From Coleofasciculus chthonoplastes F2-STO-03 (GTDB taxonomy: Bacteria; Cyanobacteriota; Cyanobacteriia; Cyanobacteriales; Coleofasciculaceae): DNA of 64,000 bases. The stretch is taken from positions 96,001 to 160,000 of the forward strand of contig JAVJWO010000047.1 of the NCBI GenBank assembly GCA_040222015.1, read 5' to 3'. This document shows positions 9,958 through 20,821 of this stretch, one piece after another. Position 1 is the first letter of the stretch, and each line of letters starts with the position of its first letter. The notes under the pieces were generated by a model. That model did not search any database. It was not told the DNA's origin and saw only the letters and a program-made list of their open reading frames with translations. The translations under genes and the position numbers were made by a program.

Positions 9958-10860
9958 CTAGTTGTTGACGTCTGAAACAGAAAAATCAGCAAAATCGACA
10001 TACACATCTTTCGGAGTTGCCCAAGAGGGATCACCACCGCCAAAAAAGGTGGAGAAGAATATGCCATCAATTTTGAGATCATCAACGGTACGGAATGTTA
10101 ATCCTTGCTCATCTAGAACCATAGTTCCATCTAACCAAACTTTAACCTGACCATTAGCTTGACCCGGTTCATTCAGGACAACCTCCTGCTCAATATGATG
10201 CCAAGTTCCGGGGATAAATTGCCAATTTCCCCGACCAATTGATGTGCCGTATTCGTCACTGGTGGGTAGATAGGCATACAGTTCCCCATCGCCATTTCGT
10301 CTCCACATGAAGCGCGTCGAAAATCCATCGGTTCCATCAGGCGTTTTTCCGCCACTAGCACCGTCACCGCCGTAAAGTCCTGGCAATTTCCCCCCCTTAA
10401 CAAAGTCAAAGTCGTCGGAAAAACGAACATAATAACTCAAGCGCAGAGAATCTTTAGCGGGTAAACCTAAATCCGCATAAAACTGCGTACCTCCTAAGGG
10501 GGCGTCATTTTTTCGAGAAACCGTAGGGCTAGCTGAACCAGCCGGATACTTCACCCGCAGCACCATCTCAAATCTGCCGTCGGCGTCTTTAATTACTTCA
10601 CTATTTTCTAAACCCCACTGTTTCTCACTTTTAAAATTCCAAGATTGCTGCCAATCCGTTGCTGCAAAGCTATCTGACCAAAGCGGGGTAACATCAGCGT
10701 TAGAGGCTACATCTTGACGGGTTTCTGTGGAATTGCTTAAGGCAGAAGAGGACTCTATTTCATTTGAAGCAGTCTGAGCGCAACTATTCAGCATGATGAC
10801 TAAAAAAGCTGCACTTAATAATTGACCTGAAGCGCTTAGATGCTTAAATTTGATTGACAT
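9958..10860 (-). CDS. Polysaccharide lyase (PL14/alginate-lyase-like) lipoprotein
   Basis: Lipobox LNSC; FDFVKGGKLPGLYGG, FSTRFMWR, FFSTFFGG. Confidence 0.85.
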   Translation of the reverse strand: MSIKFKHLSASGQLLSAAFLVIMLNSCAQTASNEIESSSALSNSTETRQDVASNADVTPLWSDSFAATDWQQSWNFKSEKQWGLENSEVIKDADGRFEMVLRVKYPAGSASPTVSRKNDAPLGGTQFYADLGLPAKDSLRLSYYVRFSDDFDFVKGGKLPGLYGGDGASGGKTPDGTDGFSTRFMWRRNGDGELYAYLPTSDEYGTSIGRGNWQFIPGTWHHIEQEVVLNEPGQANGQVKVWLDGTMVLDEQGLTFRTVDDLKIDGIFFSTFFGGGDPSWATPKDVYVDFADFSVSDVNN

Positions 10861-11057
10861 GGGTTTGGCTTAAACGTGCGGGATAGTGTAGAGTTTTGAG
10901 CATTTTCATCTTGATGCACCCTCAACCATCCAATTTAATCCTTGCTCTCGGCTTTTGTCAGCCCTTGACTGAAGGTCGGATATTTAATTTCTTGTCCCCC
11001 AGCTTCTCCTGCTCCCAGACGCGCCATGGCGCGTCTCTACCTTGCCCCCCAGCTTTC

Positions 11058-12869
11058 CTACTGGGGTTCGAGGCGCAATACTGCCATAAATGCTTCCTGA
11101 GGCACATCAACTGTACCTAAAGATTTCATCCGCTTTTTCCCTTTTGCCTGCTTCTGCAACAATTTTTTCTTACGGCTAATATCCCCGCCGTAACATTTAG
11201 CGAGTACGTCTTTCCGTAATGCAGGAATATGTTCGCTGGCAATTACCCGACTTCCAATTGAGGCTTGCAGAGGAATTTTAAATTGGTGACGGGGAATTAA
11301 TTCCCGGAGTTTTTCCACTAACGCCCGACCAACACTGTAGGCTTTATCCCGGTGGACAATCATTGCCAGAGAATCCACTGGATCACCATTAATTAACACA
11401 TCGAGGCGAACCAGAGTGTTTTCCTGATACCCAATCAGGTGATACTCCATACTGGCATAACCGCGCGATCGCGATTTGAGTTGGTCAAAAAAGTCAGTCA
11501 CGACTTCCGCCAGAGGTAATTCATACACCAAGGTGGTTCGCCCTTGGGTTAAATACCGCATATCTTTAAACTCACCCCGCCGCGTTTGGCACAGTTCCAT
11601 CAGCGTCCCCACATAAGTTTCTGGGGTAATCATCTCGATGCGAACATAAGGTTCTTCAATTTTCTCCCGCTGCTGGGGTGGAGGGAGTAAGCTGGGGTTG
11701 TCAATTTCCAAAACCTCCCCATCCATATTCGTGACTCGATAGACCACTGATGGAGCGGTAATGATTAAATCTAAATCATACTCCCGTTCTAACCGCTCCT
11801 GGACGATTTCCATGTGCAATAAGCCCAAGAAACCACATCGGAAACCAAACCCCATGGCGCTGGAGGTTTCGGGTTCATAGTTGAGAGCCGAATCATTGAG
11901 CTTGAGACGGTTGAGAGCTTCGCGTAAATCTTCGTACTGATCCGCGTCGGTGGGGAATAAGCCGCAGAACACCATAGGTTTGGCTTTCTTATAACCCGGT
12001 AAGGGGTTATCGGCGGGTTCAGCAGCTAGGGTAATTGTATCGCCGACACGGGCATCTTCTACGGTTTTAATCGCCGCCGCTATATATCCCACTTCTCCGG
12101 CGTGGAGTTGATCAACCTGGATTTGCGTCGGTGACAATACACCCAGTTCATCAATTTCATATTCTTTTTTGGATACCATCAGGCGAACTTTTTCCCCAGT
12201 TCTGACGCTACCATCCATCACCCGGAAATAGACGATGACGCCTCGGTAGGGGTCATAGTAGCTATCGAAAATCAAGGCTCGCAGGGGCTGATTGATGGTA
12301 TCCTGGGGAGATGGAACCAGATGGACGATGGATTCTAAAATTTCATCAATGCCAATTCCCTCCTTTGCCGATGCGAGAATGGCTCCGCTACAATCGAGAC
12401 CAATGATCTCTTCGATTTCTGAGATCACTCGTTCGGGTTCTGCTCCTGGGAGGTCAATCTTATTCAGAACCGGAATAATTTCGAGGTCATGCTCCAAGGC
12501 TAAATAAACATTTGCCAGAGTTTGAGCTTCAACCCCCTGAGAGGCGTCTACCACGAGCAATGCGCCCTCGCAAGCGACCAGCGATCGCGAGACCTCATAA
12601 GAGAAATCCACATGACCCGGGGTGTCAATTAAATTGAGAACGTATTGCTCACCATCTTGCGCCCGATAGTTCATGCGAGCGGCTTGCAGTTTAATGGTAA
12701 TCCCGCGCTCCCGTTCCAATTCCATGTTGTCCAGGAACTGTTCCTTCATCTGGCGATCGCTCACCGTACCGGTTGTCTGTAAGAGGCGATCGGCTAAAGT
12801 GGATTTACCATGATCAATGTGGGCAATGATGGAAAAATTGCGAATGCGAGAGACAGGAACATCAGTCAT
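11058..12869 (-). CDS. lepA: Translation elongation factor 4 (LepA)
   Basis: [38 protein letters not shown]; start moved to [11 protein letters not shown]. Confidence 0.98.
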   Translation of the reverse strand: MTDVPVSRIRNFSIIAHIDHGKSTLADRLLQTTGTVSDRQMKEQFLDNMELERERGITIKLQAARMNYRAQDGEQYVLNLIDTPGHVDFSYEVSRSLVACEGALLVVDASQGVEAQTLANVYLALEHDLEIIPVLNKIDLPGAEPERVISEIEEIIGLDCSGAILASAKEGIGIDEILESIVHLVPSPQDTINQPLRALIFDSYYDPYRGVIVYFRVMDGSVRTGEKVRLMVSKKEYEIDELGVLSPTQIQVDQLHAGEVGYIAAAIKTVEDARVGDTITLAAEPADNPLPGYKKAKPMVFCGLFPTDADQYEDLREALNRLKLNDSALNYEPETSSAMGFGFRCGFLGLLHMEIVQERLEREYDLDLIITAPSVVYRVTNMDGEVLEIDNPSLLPPPQQREKIEEPYVRIEMITPETYVGTLMELCQTRRGEFKDMRYLTQGRTTLVYELPLAEVVTDFFDQLKSRSRGYASMEYHLIGYQENTLVRLDVLINGDPVDSLAMIVHRDKAYSVGRALVEKLRELIPRHQFKIPLQASIGSRVIASEHIPALRKDVLAKCYGGDISRKKKLLQKQAKGKKRMKSLGTVDVPQEAFMAVLRLEPQ

Positions 12870-13069
12870 AGAATTATCGGGTGACAAAAAATCGGAAACA
12901 CGGAATGGATGGTTCTTAATGTATTTTAATGTTTCTTGCCAAAATGGGGACAATACTCCTGATACTCTAACTCCAGAGAACCTTTTCGGGCTGATTGCGT
13001 CACGAATCTCAGGTGGCAAGGAGCAAGTTGTCGTAAACTGTAGTGTAGGGGAACACCAAAACGCTGAAA

Positions 13070-13300
13070 ATGAATAATCATGCCATTCATCGAGAGCATT
13101 CAACAAACAAGGAAGAAATATCTATCCTCATGGATGCTCAACTGTTAGACCAAATCAAACACTTAACCAATGATCCGTCTAAGGTGATAGAAACAGCCAT
13201 TCGTCAATGGCTAAGAGGAGAGCGCGATCGCGATGATGAGCTAACCCGCACCTTGAGACGAAATCCACCAGTACCGCCACGAGGCGAATGGAACGATTGA
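13070..13300 (+). CDS. Small hypothetical protein, ribbon-helix-helix/CcdA-like
   Basis: [14 protein letters not shown]...[12 protein letters not shown] pattern. Confidence 0.6.
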   Translation: MNNHAIHREHSTNKEEISILMDAQLLDQIKHLTNDPSKVIETAIRQWLRGERDRDDELTRTLRRNPPVPPRGEWND

Positions 13301-13425
13301 GAGCCAATAGGTTCGTCGCTTTAATAGTTCGCCTGAGGCTCCAGGGCGTTAAGGGGTTGCATTTATGTCTGTCTTGGTGCGAGCGCTAATCCTTTCGCTG
13401 CTTGTAGTTTCCCGGTTTCTTGTAG

Positions 13426-15135
13426 ATGATTGCTCCTGCTGATTTCCACCATCCTCGATTTGGGTATACCACTATGCAATCTACTACTGCACAAGGCAAG
13501 TCCAGCTTTTTGCAGGAGTTAGAGGTTGAGCTGATGTGTAGCCAAGATGCATCAGGTCAGTATCACTCCTTTTATTGGCGACAAGCCGAGCAGTATGATT
13601 TAACTCAAGAACAGGTTATTGGGGTTCCCCTCAACGAAACCTTTCATCCCATTGCTATAGATGCTTATCGGGATCGAATCCAGCGGATTCTAGACAACCG
13701 CACCCCAGAACGCTGCATCCATGACTTCTGTTATGGCGATCAAGTTTTTCCCTTTGAACTGGTGATCAGCCCAATTTTACAAGCAGACGGTCAGGCAACT
13801 CAGGTTTGGGTGATGGGTCATCTGTTACCTGAGGGTTCGGTGCAAAAAGTGATCGATTCGCTGGTACCGTTAAGTGTCGATCCCAATCAAAAACTACTCA
13901 CCCAAATTGCCCGCCGGATTCGCCGGACGTTAGACTTAGATACAATCTGGCAACAAACGGTAGACAGTTTAGGGAAAGCTCTACAAGTCAGTCGCTGTAT
14001 TATCTGTTCATACAAACCCGACTACATTGATGTCAAGGTGGAAGCAGAGTATCGCCAAGAGTCATTAGAGGAAATGTTGGGGATGACGCTGGAACTAGAG
14101 TCGGAACTGATAATGAAACAAGCGATGTGGAGTTCCGAACCCGTTGTAGTTGACCAAGTCGCCCCGAGTCGGTTTCAAGAAAAATCGCTGCTGGTGGTTT
14201 CCACGTCCTATAAAGACGAACCCAATGGGTTAATTAGTTTACAACAGTGCGATCGCCACCGTCAGTGGAGTGATGCGGAAATTGAGCTAGTGCGGGAGTT
14301 AGCCGAACAAGTGGGAACCGCGATCGCTCATGGTACTCTCTATAAAGAACTGGAACTAGCCAGAGAACAAGCTGAAGAAGTATCCCGTCTCAAGAGTGAA
14401 TTTCTTGCCAGCACGTCTCACGAATTGCGGACGCCCCTAAATGGGATGATTGGCTTTCTCAAGCTGATTCTGGAAGGAATGGCGGATGACCCCGAAGAAC
14501 AGCGAGAGTTTATCCAGGAAGCCCATAATAGTGCCTTACACCTGCTCAACATCATCAACGATATCTTGGATATCGCCAAGATTGAAGCCGGAAAAATGGA
14601 GCTGGAGTTTAGTCCAGTTGAGTTAGAGTATCTATTTAATAAGGTCTATGATTTTACCGCGCAGCAAGCCCATCACAAGAACTTGAGTTTCACCCTGGAA
14701 ATTCCCGCCGTCTACGATGGCATTGTTATGTATGGGAACTATCAACGGTTGCTACAGGTGATGCTAAACCTAGTGGGGAATGCCATCAAATTCACCGATG
14801 AAGGGGGAATTACCATCAGCGCCGAAGTCATTCGCAAGAAAGTCCATTTTCAGGGACAGGAGTTTCCTGGACATGTGAAAGTGCGGGTTGCGGATACAGG
14901 GATTGGGGTATCCTTGGATAAGCAAGACAAACTCTTCCAATCTTTTAGCCAGGTACATGGTGGACTCAATCGTCCTTACGGGGGAACCGGGTTAGGGTTA
15001 GCTATTTCCCAAAAGCTAGTGGAAACCATGGGCGGTGTCGTACATTTCTTCAGCATGGGGGAAAACTTAGGTTCAACTGTGACATTTACTGTACCCCTTT
15101 ATCAAGAACCCGTGATGGTGTCGCGCACAGATTGA
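13426..15135 (+). CDS. PAS/GAF sensor histidine kinase
   Basis: GAF (IRRTLDLDTI...WSDAEIELV), H-box SHELRTPL, N/G boxes NLVGNAIKFT, DTGIG, GTGLGL. Confidence 0.93.
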   Translation: MIAPADFHHPRFGYTTMQSTTAQGKSSFLQELEVELMCSQDASGQYHSFYWRQAEQYDLTQEQVIGVPLNETFHPIAIDAYRDRIQRILDNRTPERCIHDFCYGDQVFPFELVISPILQADGQATQVWVMGHLLPEGSVQKVIDSLVPLSVDPNQKLLTQIARRIRRTLDLDTIWQQTVDSLGKALQVSRCIICSYKPDYIDVKVEAEYRQESLEEMLGMTLELESELIMKQAMWSSEPVVVDQVAPSRFQEKSLLVVSTSYKDEPNGLISLQQCDRHRQWSDAEIELVRELAEQVGTAIAHGTLYKELELAREQAEEVSRLKSEFLASTSHELRTPLNGMIGFLKLILEGMADDPEEQREFIQEAHNSALHLLNIINDILDIAKIEAGKMELEFSPVELEYLFNKVYDFTAQQAHHKNLSFTLEIPAVYDGIVMYGNYQRLLQVMLNLVGNAIKFTDEGGITISAEVIRKKVHFQGQEFPGHVKVRVADTGIGVSLDKQDKLFQSFSQVHGGLNRPYGGTGLGLAISQKLVETMGGVVHFFSMGENLGSTVTFTVPLYQEPVMVSRTD

Positions 15136-15148
15136 GCAAAAGGCGAGG

Positions 15149-15251
15149 TATAGCAATCGCCATAGCGGTTAGGACGCATCTTATGGTAGAGACATTGCAT
15201 TTTAGTCTCTACAACAGTTCGTTTGTCCTAATCGATGTGTCTACTGCTATA
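15149..15251. mobile_element. TATAGCA...TGCTATA MITE-like element with an internal GTAGAGAC...GTCTCTAC palindrome
   Basis: Nested inverted repeats; partial relatives near 3113-3140 and 49440. Confidence 0.6.
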
Positions 15252-15552
15252 TCCTAGTGCAGCGTCGCAGAAATAGCCTTAAATCAGTACCATTCCGTTA
15301 GGTTGGTAGCTGGAAAACTTATTGAATTGAAAAGACTTACTGGCGAAGGCATTTCCTGTTCCCTGTTCCCTATTCATTCTATTTTATTCAAAAAGTTAGG
15401 GGAATCCCCTAAGTCTGACACCTTCCCCTAACTGTTTATTTAAGATAATCACTACCGTCCAGCCTCTAGAGGATACTGTTGGCATAAGGAAAGTTCTGCC
15501 AACTATTCTGAACTCAACGTAAGCGATTAGAGTTGAGTCAGGAACATTATCT

Positions 15553-15924
15553 ATGAATACTCAGGCTGGCATAGTATTAAACCTAATTCTTTGGGGAACG
15601 GTTTTGAGTCAGCCTGTCATTGGCATTCAACCTCATCAACGTTTCCTGATGTTACAGTTTCACCCTCAAGCTGGACAGGATTTATTATTAATCCAAAAAA
15701 ACGTCATCCAAGTAGACGAACCCCCACTCAATCCAGGTTCTCCCGATGAACGGATACCAGCAGGAACCCACAAGGGCAATAGTTTGGCTGTTTTGCCAAC
15801 ACGGAAGGATGGGGTAAGAGTGGAAGACGAACCGACTCCACCAAAAGAGCAGATACCAGGGGGTAGTCGGTGGATTACACAGACAGATCCCCGACTTTTC
15901 CAAGAAGTCGGGGATCTTGCTTAA
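15553..15924 (+). CDS. Small putative secreted proline-rich protein
   Basis: Hydrophobic N-terminus; two related motifs PDERIPAGTH and PKEQIPGGSR. Confidence 0.55.
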   Translation: MNTQAGIVLNLILWGTVLSQPVIGIQPHQRFLMLQFHPQAGQDLLLIQKNVIQVDEPPLNPGSPDERIPAGTHKGNSLAVLPTRKDGVRVEDEPTPPKEQIPGGSRWITQTDPRLFQEVGDLA

Positions 15925-16750
15925 GGCTGTACTTCATCAACCTGAAATCTGCTGTAAATCAATCTTAAGGAAGAGGCAGATGCGGCGACAATTTTTTAAT
16001 AAAAATCATCCGATCCTTCTAGGACAAATCTATGTAATTTGATAGAAAACCTAAACCCGATCGCTTTGTTAACCTGATCACAGTGGTGGTAAAGAGGCTC
16101 ACTGGAGATTGAACAGCCCCTCGGCTGGAACAAATAGATTAGCACTGGTGTAGGGTGCGTTAGGCGCATAGTTTTTTATTCACTTTTATTTCCCACAGAA
16201 CACTCATGCGCCGTAACGCACCACCTTGGTTGGTGTGTTACTAACGCACGATGGCGGACTGACACAGCTAAAATTGTGGAATAGATTTGACGTTTAAACC
16301 GGGCGCAAGTCCTTGCGCCCCTACAATTATAATCCACCAAATAAGGTGTGCTACGCCACTACCCAAATTACAATTAATGAGGCTTTTTACTCGCGATATC
16401 TTGACATTAATAATTTATAAATAAGGCATAAGATAGAAGAGAAAGATTGGCAAATGTAAACCCGCGCAGGCGGGTTTTGTTTGTGTAGCTGCGGTTTCTA
16501 ACCGCCCAGCTAAATTGTTGTGGGGAATTTTTTATGATCACTTCGGTTAGGGCGCACGTCCGTGCTACGGGATTGTGGTATTGTTATCCTCATTAACGGA
16601 ATTGCGATCGCGAAGATGGGAAATCCCTTCCGGATGGCAAAACCTATAAGGATGTAATGCTGGTGGGCAATGCCCACCCTACGGTATATCAAGGGTTTTG
16701 GCGAGCGGAACATGCAGAAGGCGAGCGTGCCATTCAACTTAAAATCCAGA

Positions 16751-17467
16751 TTAGCTCAGGGCGCGGCGTTGAGCGTCTAACAACTCCTTAATGCCTATTT
16801 CTGCCATATCAATTAACTGATTTAGCTGAGTCCGACTAAAGCTTTCTTCTTCCGCCGTCCCCTGAATTTCAATAATATTTAATTCGTCGTTCATGACAAT
16901 ATTGAAATCCGTTTGCGCGGCGACATCTTCTTCGTACTTTAAATCCAAAAACGGCTCACCCGCCAACAGTCCCACCGAAACCGCCGCGATTTGGTGACGG
17001 ATTGGCGATCGCTCTAATTCTCCAGCTTGGACTAATTTATCTAACGCCTCAGCCAGGGCGACGTATCCCCCAGTAATCGAAGCGGTGCGAGTTCCTGCAT
17101 CAGCTTGCAACACATCCGCATCCACAAACACCGTGCGTTCTCCTAAGGCGGTTAAATCTACAGCCGCTCTTAAACTGCGTCCAATCAATCGTTGAATCTC
17201 TTGAGTTCGACCCGATAGTTTGAGTAATTCCCGCGTTTGGCGTTGGGGTGTAGCGCCGGGAAGCATCCGATACTCGGCGGTTAACCAACCACTACCCGTT
17301 CCTTCCAGAAATCGCGGGATTCCCGGCTGAATGGTGACATTACACAACACCTGGGTATCACCACACTTGATTAATACAGAAGCTGGTGCAAATTTAGTGA
17401 ATCCGCGTACAAAACTGATGGGACGCAGTTGGTTGGGTTGGCGATGATCAGGACGTTGCCAAGACAT
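16751..17467 (-). CDS. rph: Ribonuclease PH
   Basis: [38 protein letters not shown]. Confidence 0.97.
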   Translation of the reverse strand: MSWQRPDHRQPNQLRPISFVRGFTKFAPASVLIKCGDTQVLCNVTIQPGIPRFLEGTGSGWLTAEYRMLPGATPQRQTRELLKLSGRTQEIQRLIGRSLRAAVDLTALGERTVFVDADVLQADAGTRTASITGGYVALAEALDKLVQAGELERSPIRHQIAAVSVGLLAGEPFLDLKYEEDVAAQTDFNIVMNDELNIIEIQGTAEEESFSRTQLNQLIDMAEIGIKELLDAQRRALS

Positions 17468-17628
17468 GGTAGTTAAGTAGGTGTGAACAATTAAAGTTAA
17501 CGGTGGGGATTGTCATTCGTCATTCGTCATTCGTCATTTGTTTATGTAAGGGTTTGAGGACTATTGACATAACTTGTCGGGTGTTAGGTTTATTTCCACT
17601 AACCTACTTATTTCCGATTCAAAAAATT

Positions 17629-18252
17629 TTAATCGTCCAGTTCAAGTTTGTGCAAGATATTCTGCTGAACTTGCTCTGGCGGTTGGTCGCCGTTGATCGT
17701 CAACAGCTTTTGACGATAGCCATAGTACTCCAGGATGGGAACCGTGCGCTCGTAGAATAACTCGATGCGGCGCGGGACAATTTTGGGATGGTCATCCAGA
17801 CGAGACTTAGTTGATGGGGTGCTATCTTGAGCCTGGTTTTGGGTTGGCGGAGTCTGTTCCGAAGGAACGTATCGCGCCACGGAACGAGTCATCATCACCG
17901 ATTCAGGTACGGTTAAGTAAATCGCCCAATTTAGCTGCTGATTTAAGTCCTCAAGCAGAAAATCCAATTCCTCGGCTTGGAACGCGGTACGGGGATACCC
18001 CTCTAACACCCAACCTTTCGCCGTGTCGGGTTGCAGCAGGCGCTGGCGCATGAATTCGATCAGGATTTCATCCGGGACTAATTCTCCCTTCTCGACGTAG
18101 GGCTGCGCCTTATGACCTAAGTCGGTTTGAGATGCGATCGCACGACGCAAAATGTTACCACTGGAAATCTCCACGATCCCCAAATGGCGACACAACTGTC
18201 GCGCCTGTGTGCTTTTCCCTGACCCTGGACCTCCCAGAATCACTAGTCTCAC
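17629..18252 (-). CDS. Adenylate kinase family protein
   Basis: GGPGSGKSTQ, GELVPD, LEGYPRT; likely GTG start at 18252 after GAGGAG. Confidence 0.9.
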   Translation of the reverse strand: MRLVILGGPGSGKSTQARQLCRHLGIVEISSGNILRRAIASQTDLGHKAQPYVEKGELVPDEILIEFMRQRLLQPDTAKGWVLEGYPRTAFQAEELDFLLEDLNQQLNWAIYLTVPESVMMTRSVARYVPSEQTPPTQNQAQDSTPSTKSRLDDHPKIVPRRIELFYERTVPILEYYGYRQKLLTINGDQPPEQVQQNILHKLELDD

Positions 18253-18754
18253 GATAATAGCTCCTCTGTTCCTAGCCTGGACAAGTCTTTCATCAATGTT
18301 GCACAAATCCTTTGCATCTGGGCAGGTTTTGACGCTACTGACCGTCATTTTGCCACGAATCCCCCTGGATGAACATTCTCCGGGACTTACTCTTGACGGA
18401 CTTGTAGATATGGTGTTTGATTAGGGATGCCACTGAAAAAAATACGCTATATCTTGTTCGCTGCATCGATTGAATTTCTAGTTAAGTTCCTTGAATTACT
18501 TGTAGGTTTTGTGATACAGTGACAATGTAGGCAGGGATAGGGGAGAAGGAAAGAATTATTGGACTTGAGTTAAGTTGTAAACGGCTATAATCCCCAAACC
18601 AAAAGGATTCGGTGGAATAGTAGCAGAAACAGGCGATCGCGAGACACGGTTAACAGCGAATTCTGCCAAAAAGCTGTCTAAAGCGACCATGAGACACTGA
18701 TCGAGGAAAGCTTGAGCAGTGTCCATTAGATTCATTGCTCTTTAATAGTTGACT

Positions 18755-19291
18755 ATGGTTTCCCAGTTAGAAACTCCTACCCTTAATTCAGCGCATCACC
18801 TGACCTACAGCCTAGAAGGGCTGGTACAAGTCTTTACCAGTGCCCAGCGCAGCTTTTTTACCAATGTGATTGCCCAAGGCTTGAGAATCGCTGGACAGGG
18901 GACACCCGTGCTAGTGGTTCAGTTTCTCAAAGGGGGTATTGGTCAAGGACACCAGCATCCGATTCGGTTGGGACAGTATTTAGAATGGATTCGCTGTGAC
19001 TTGCCACGATATATTGATACCCCAGAGTTAGATGAGGCAGAACATAAATCCCTGAAGCAGTTATGGCATCATACTCAGCAGGTGGTGTATGAGGGGAAAT
19101 ATTCTGTCGTTGTCCTTGATGAATTGAGTTTAGCGATCAACTACGGCTTAATCCCCCTCAGTGAAGTCTTGAGATTTCTGGAAAGTCGCCCCAGTTCAGT
19201 AGATATTATTCTCACAGGACCCGATATGCCACCAGAACTTCTAGAGGTGGCTGACCAAATCACAGAAATTCGTCGCAGTCATCAGCCTTAG
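18755..19291 (+). CDS. Cob(I)alamin adenosyltransferase (CobO/BtuR)-like protein
   Basis: VVQFLKGG, VVLDEL, IILTG, ADQITE; P-loop degenerate. Confidence 0.85.
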   Translation: MVSQLETPTLNSAHHLTYSLEGLVQVFTSAQRSFFTNVIAQGLRIAGQGTPVLVVQFLKGGIGQGHQHPIRLGQYLEWIRCDLPRYIDTPELDEAEHKSLKQLWHHTQQVVYEGKYSVVVLDELSLAINYGLIPLSEVLRFLESRPSSVDIILTGPDMPPELLEVADQITEIRRSHQP

Positions 19292-19359
19292 TAGGGGCTT
19301 GGTTACTGTACAATTTTGTACAGGAAAGTGTTTTGTCGCTCATTCTAAGGTAAAGTGAC

Positions 19360-20256
19360 ATGGCAACGGAAGCGAGAGCGGTTCGTTTCCAGATTGGAAA
19401 CATTGAGGTTTCTGGTTATCAGCTAACCTCTGATCAGGATCAGCGTCTGTTGTTCACCCACAGGCAAATCGCCGAAGTCGTGGGTAAAAGCAAGGGAACA
19501 GCGCAAAAGTTTTGTAAATCAAACGAAAACAACTTGCCAGAAACCGTCAAGACTGTGGTTCCGGATAAACCCAGACCGATCGCGTTATCATCCTGGGATG
19601 CAGCCGTAGCGTTTTGGCAACATCAAGCTAATGCTGGGAATGAGACAGCAACAGCTTTGGTAGAAGCAGCGCGTTCCACACCACCAGAGACTCTCCAGAT
19701 TGAACCAGCGAGTGAGATAGAGCCAGTTGAGACATCCTATCCCAAAGACATCGAAGGCGCGATCGCACAATTACCCCAAACCGATGAATTCCCCCTTGAT
19801 AACCAACTCCAGCAACTGGATCAGGGGTTACGGTTAATCGCTAAATGGTTAGAAGAAGCGGGATTGGATCAACGTGCGATCGCGTCTTGGAAATTGAATG
19901 TACTCACCCAGCGTTTTCCGGCTTTAGCCAGTGCTGCGAATCAAGCACAGCAGCTTTTAGTCACCCATTCGGTTGAGGAGCCATCCGGGATGATCGCCTC
20001 CCAAGTGGCTGAGAAGGTGTCAGCGCAATTAGGACGAAAGGTTAAAGCCGCTCAAGTTAACGCCGCACTCCATGAATTAGGCATTCAGGAATGGACTAAA
20101 CCTGGTTCCAGAGAGCGACGACTTACCGAAAAAGGAAAAGAATACGGGCGAGCCATGCTAGCCACATCCAAAACCAATACCTGGAGTGGAGCGCAGTTGC
20201 GATGGTTTGATAATGTTGTTCCTTTGTTATGTGAATATTTGGCAGATTCCAAATAA
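19360..20256 (+). CDS. Phage antirepressor-like DNA-binding protein (KilA-C/ANT-like C-terminus)
   Basis: N-terminal HTH-like FTHRQIAEVVGKS; C-terminal AAQVNAALHELGIQ...LTEKGKEYG. Confidence 0.55.
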   Translation: MATEARAVRFQIGNIEVSGYQLTSDQDQRLLFTHRQIAEVVGKSKGTAQKFCKSNENNLPETVKTVVPDKPRPIALSSWDAAVAFWQHQANAGNETATALVEAARSTPPETLQIEPASEIEPVETSYPKDIEGAIAQLPQTDEFPLDNQLQQLDQGLRLIAKWLEEAGLDQRAIASWKLNVLTQRFPALASAANQAQQLLVTHSVEEPSGMIASQVAEKVSAQLGRKVKAAQVNAALHELGIQEWTKPGSRERRLTEKGKEYGRAMLATSKTNTWSGAQLRWFDNVVPLLCEYLADSK

Positions 20257-20279
20257 AATATGCCCCAGTTCGACCAGCC

Positions 20280-20759
20280 TTAGCCGTAATCTATCGGTAA
20301 TGACAGAGGTTGTGTTGGATTCTCGGTACTCCACTGCTCTAGAATCTTTTGCAAACGAGCTAAGGCATCTTCATCGCTACTAAACTTAATTTCAGCAATA
20401 ACAGTGGGGATACCTCTAGGAAACCGTGATATATTCTTATCTTTTTCGTAAAGTAGAATCAACGGGATATTATGGATTTCTGCATAAGCTAATTCCATCC
20501 CAACGCCAAAAGAAGGACAACCCAGGTAGGCGATGACTAAATCTGACGAACTAACTTGGCGCTTGTCTGTCTCAAAAACTTGTCGAGCGCTAACATCAGG
20601 GTTATTAATCGGATCGGTTTTGAGATGGGGAACATAGACTTGAAATTCCATCGTTTCACAAAGCTCCCCAATCGCTTCATAAAATGCCTTGAGTTTTAAA
20701 GGATTTTCAACTCCAGTTAACGCACCTGAAATGTAAATGTGTGCTTGAGTTTGATTCAT
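20280..20759 (-). CDS. Nucleoside 2-deoxyribosyltransferase/DNPH1(Rcl)-like N-glycosidase
   Basis: YISG, D...SDLVIA, PSFGVGMELAYA with catalytic Glu. Confidence 0.85.
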   Translation of the reverse strand: MNQTQAHIYISGALTGVENPLKLKAFYEAIGELCETMEFQVYVPHLKTDPINNPDVSARQVFETDKRQVSSSDLVIAYLGCPSFGVGMELAYAEIHNIPLILLYEKDKNISRFPRGIPTVIAEIKFSSDEDALARLQKILEQWSTENPTQPLSLPIDYG

Positions 20760-20821
20760 AACTTAATGAATAAAGACACCTAAGTTAATTAGTTAATTCA
20801 GGATGATTTATTTAAAAGATA

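Noticed and set aside
12870..13106. 79-aa N-terminal extension of LepA in the ORF track
   Set aside because: LepA homology begins at [11 protein letters not shown], and the extension overlaps the divergent gene's promoter region.
15553..15924. patX/patS call
   Set aside because: No RG(S/T)GR pentapeptide.
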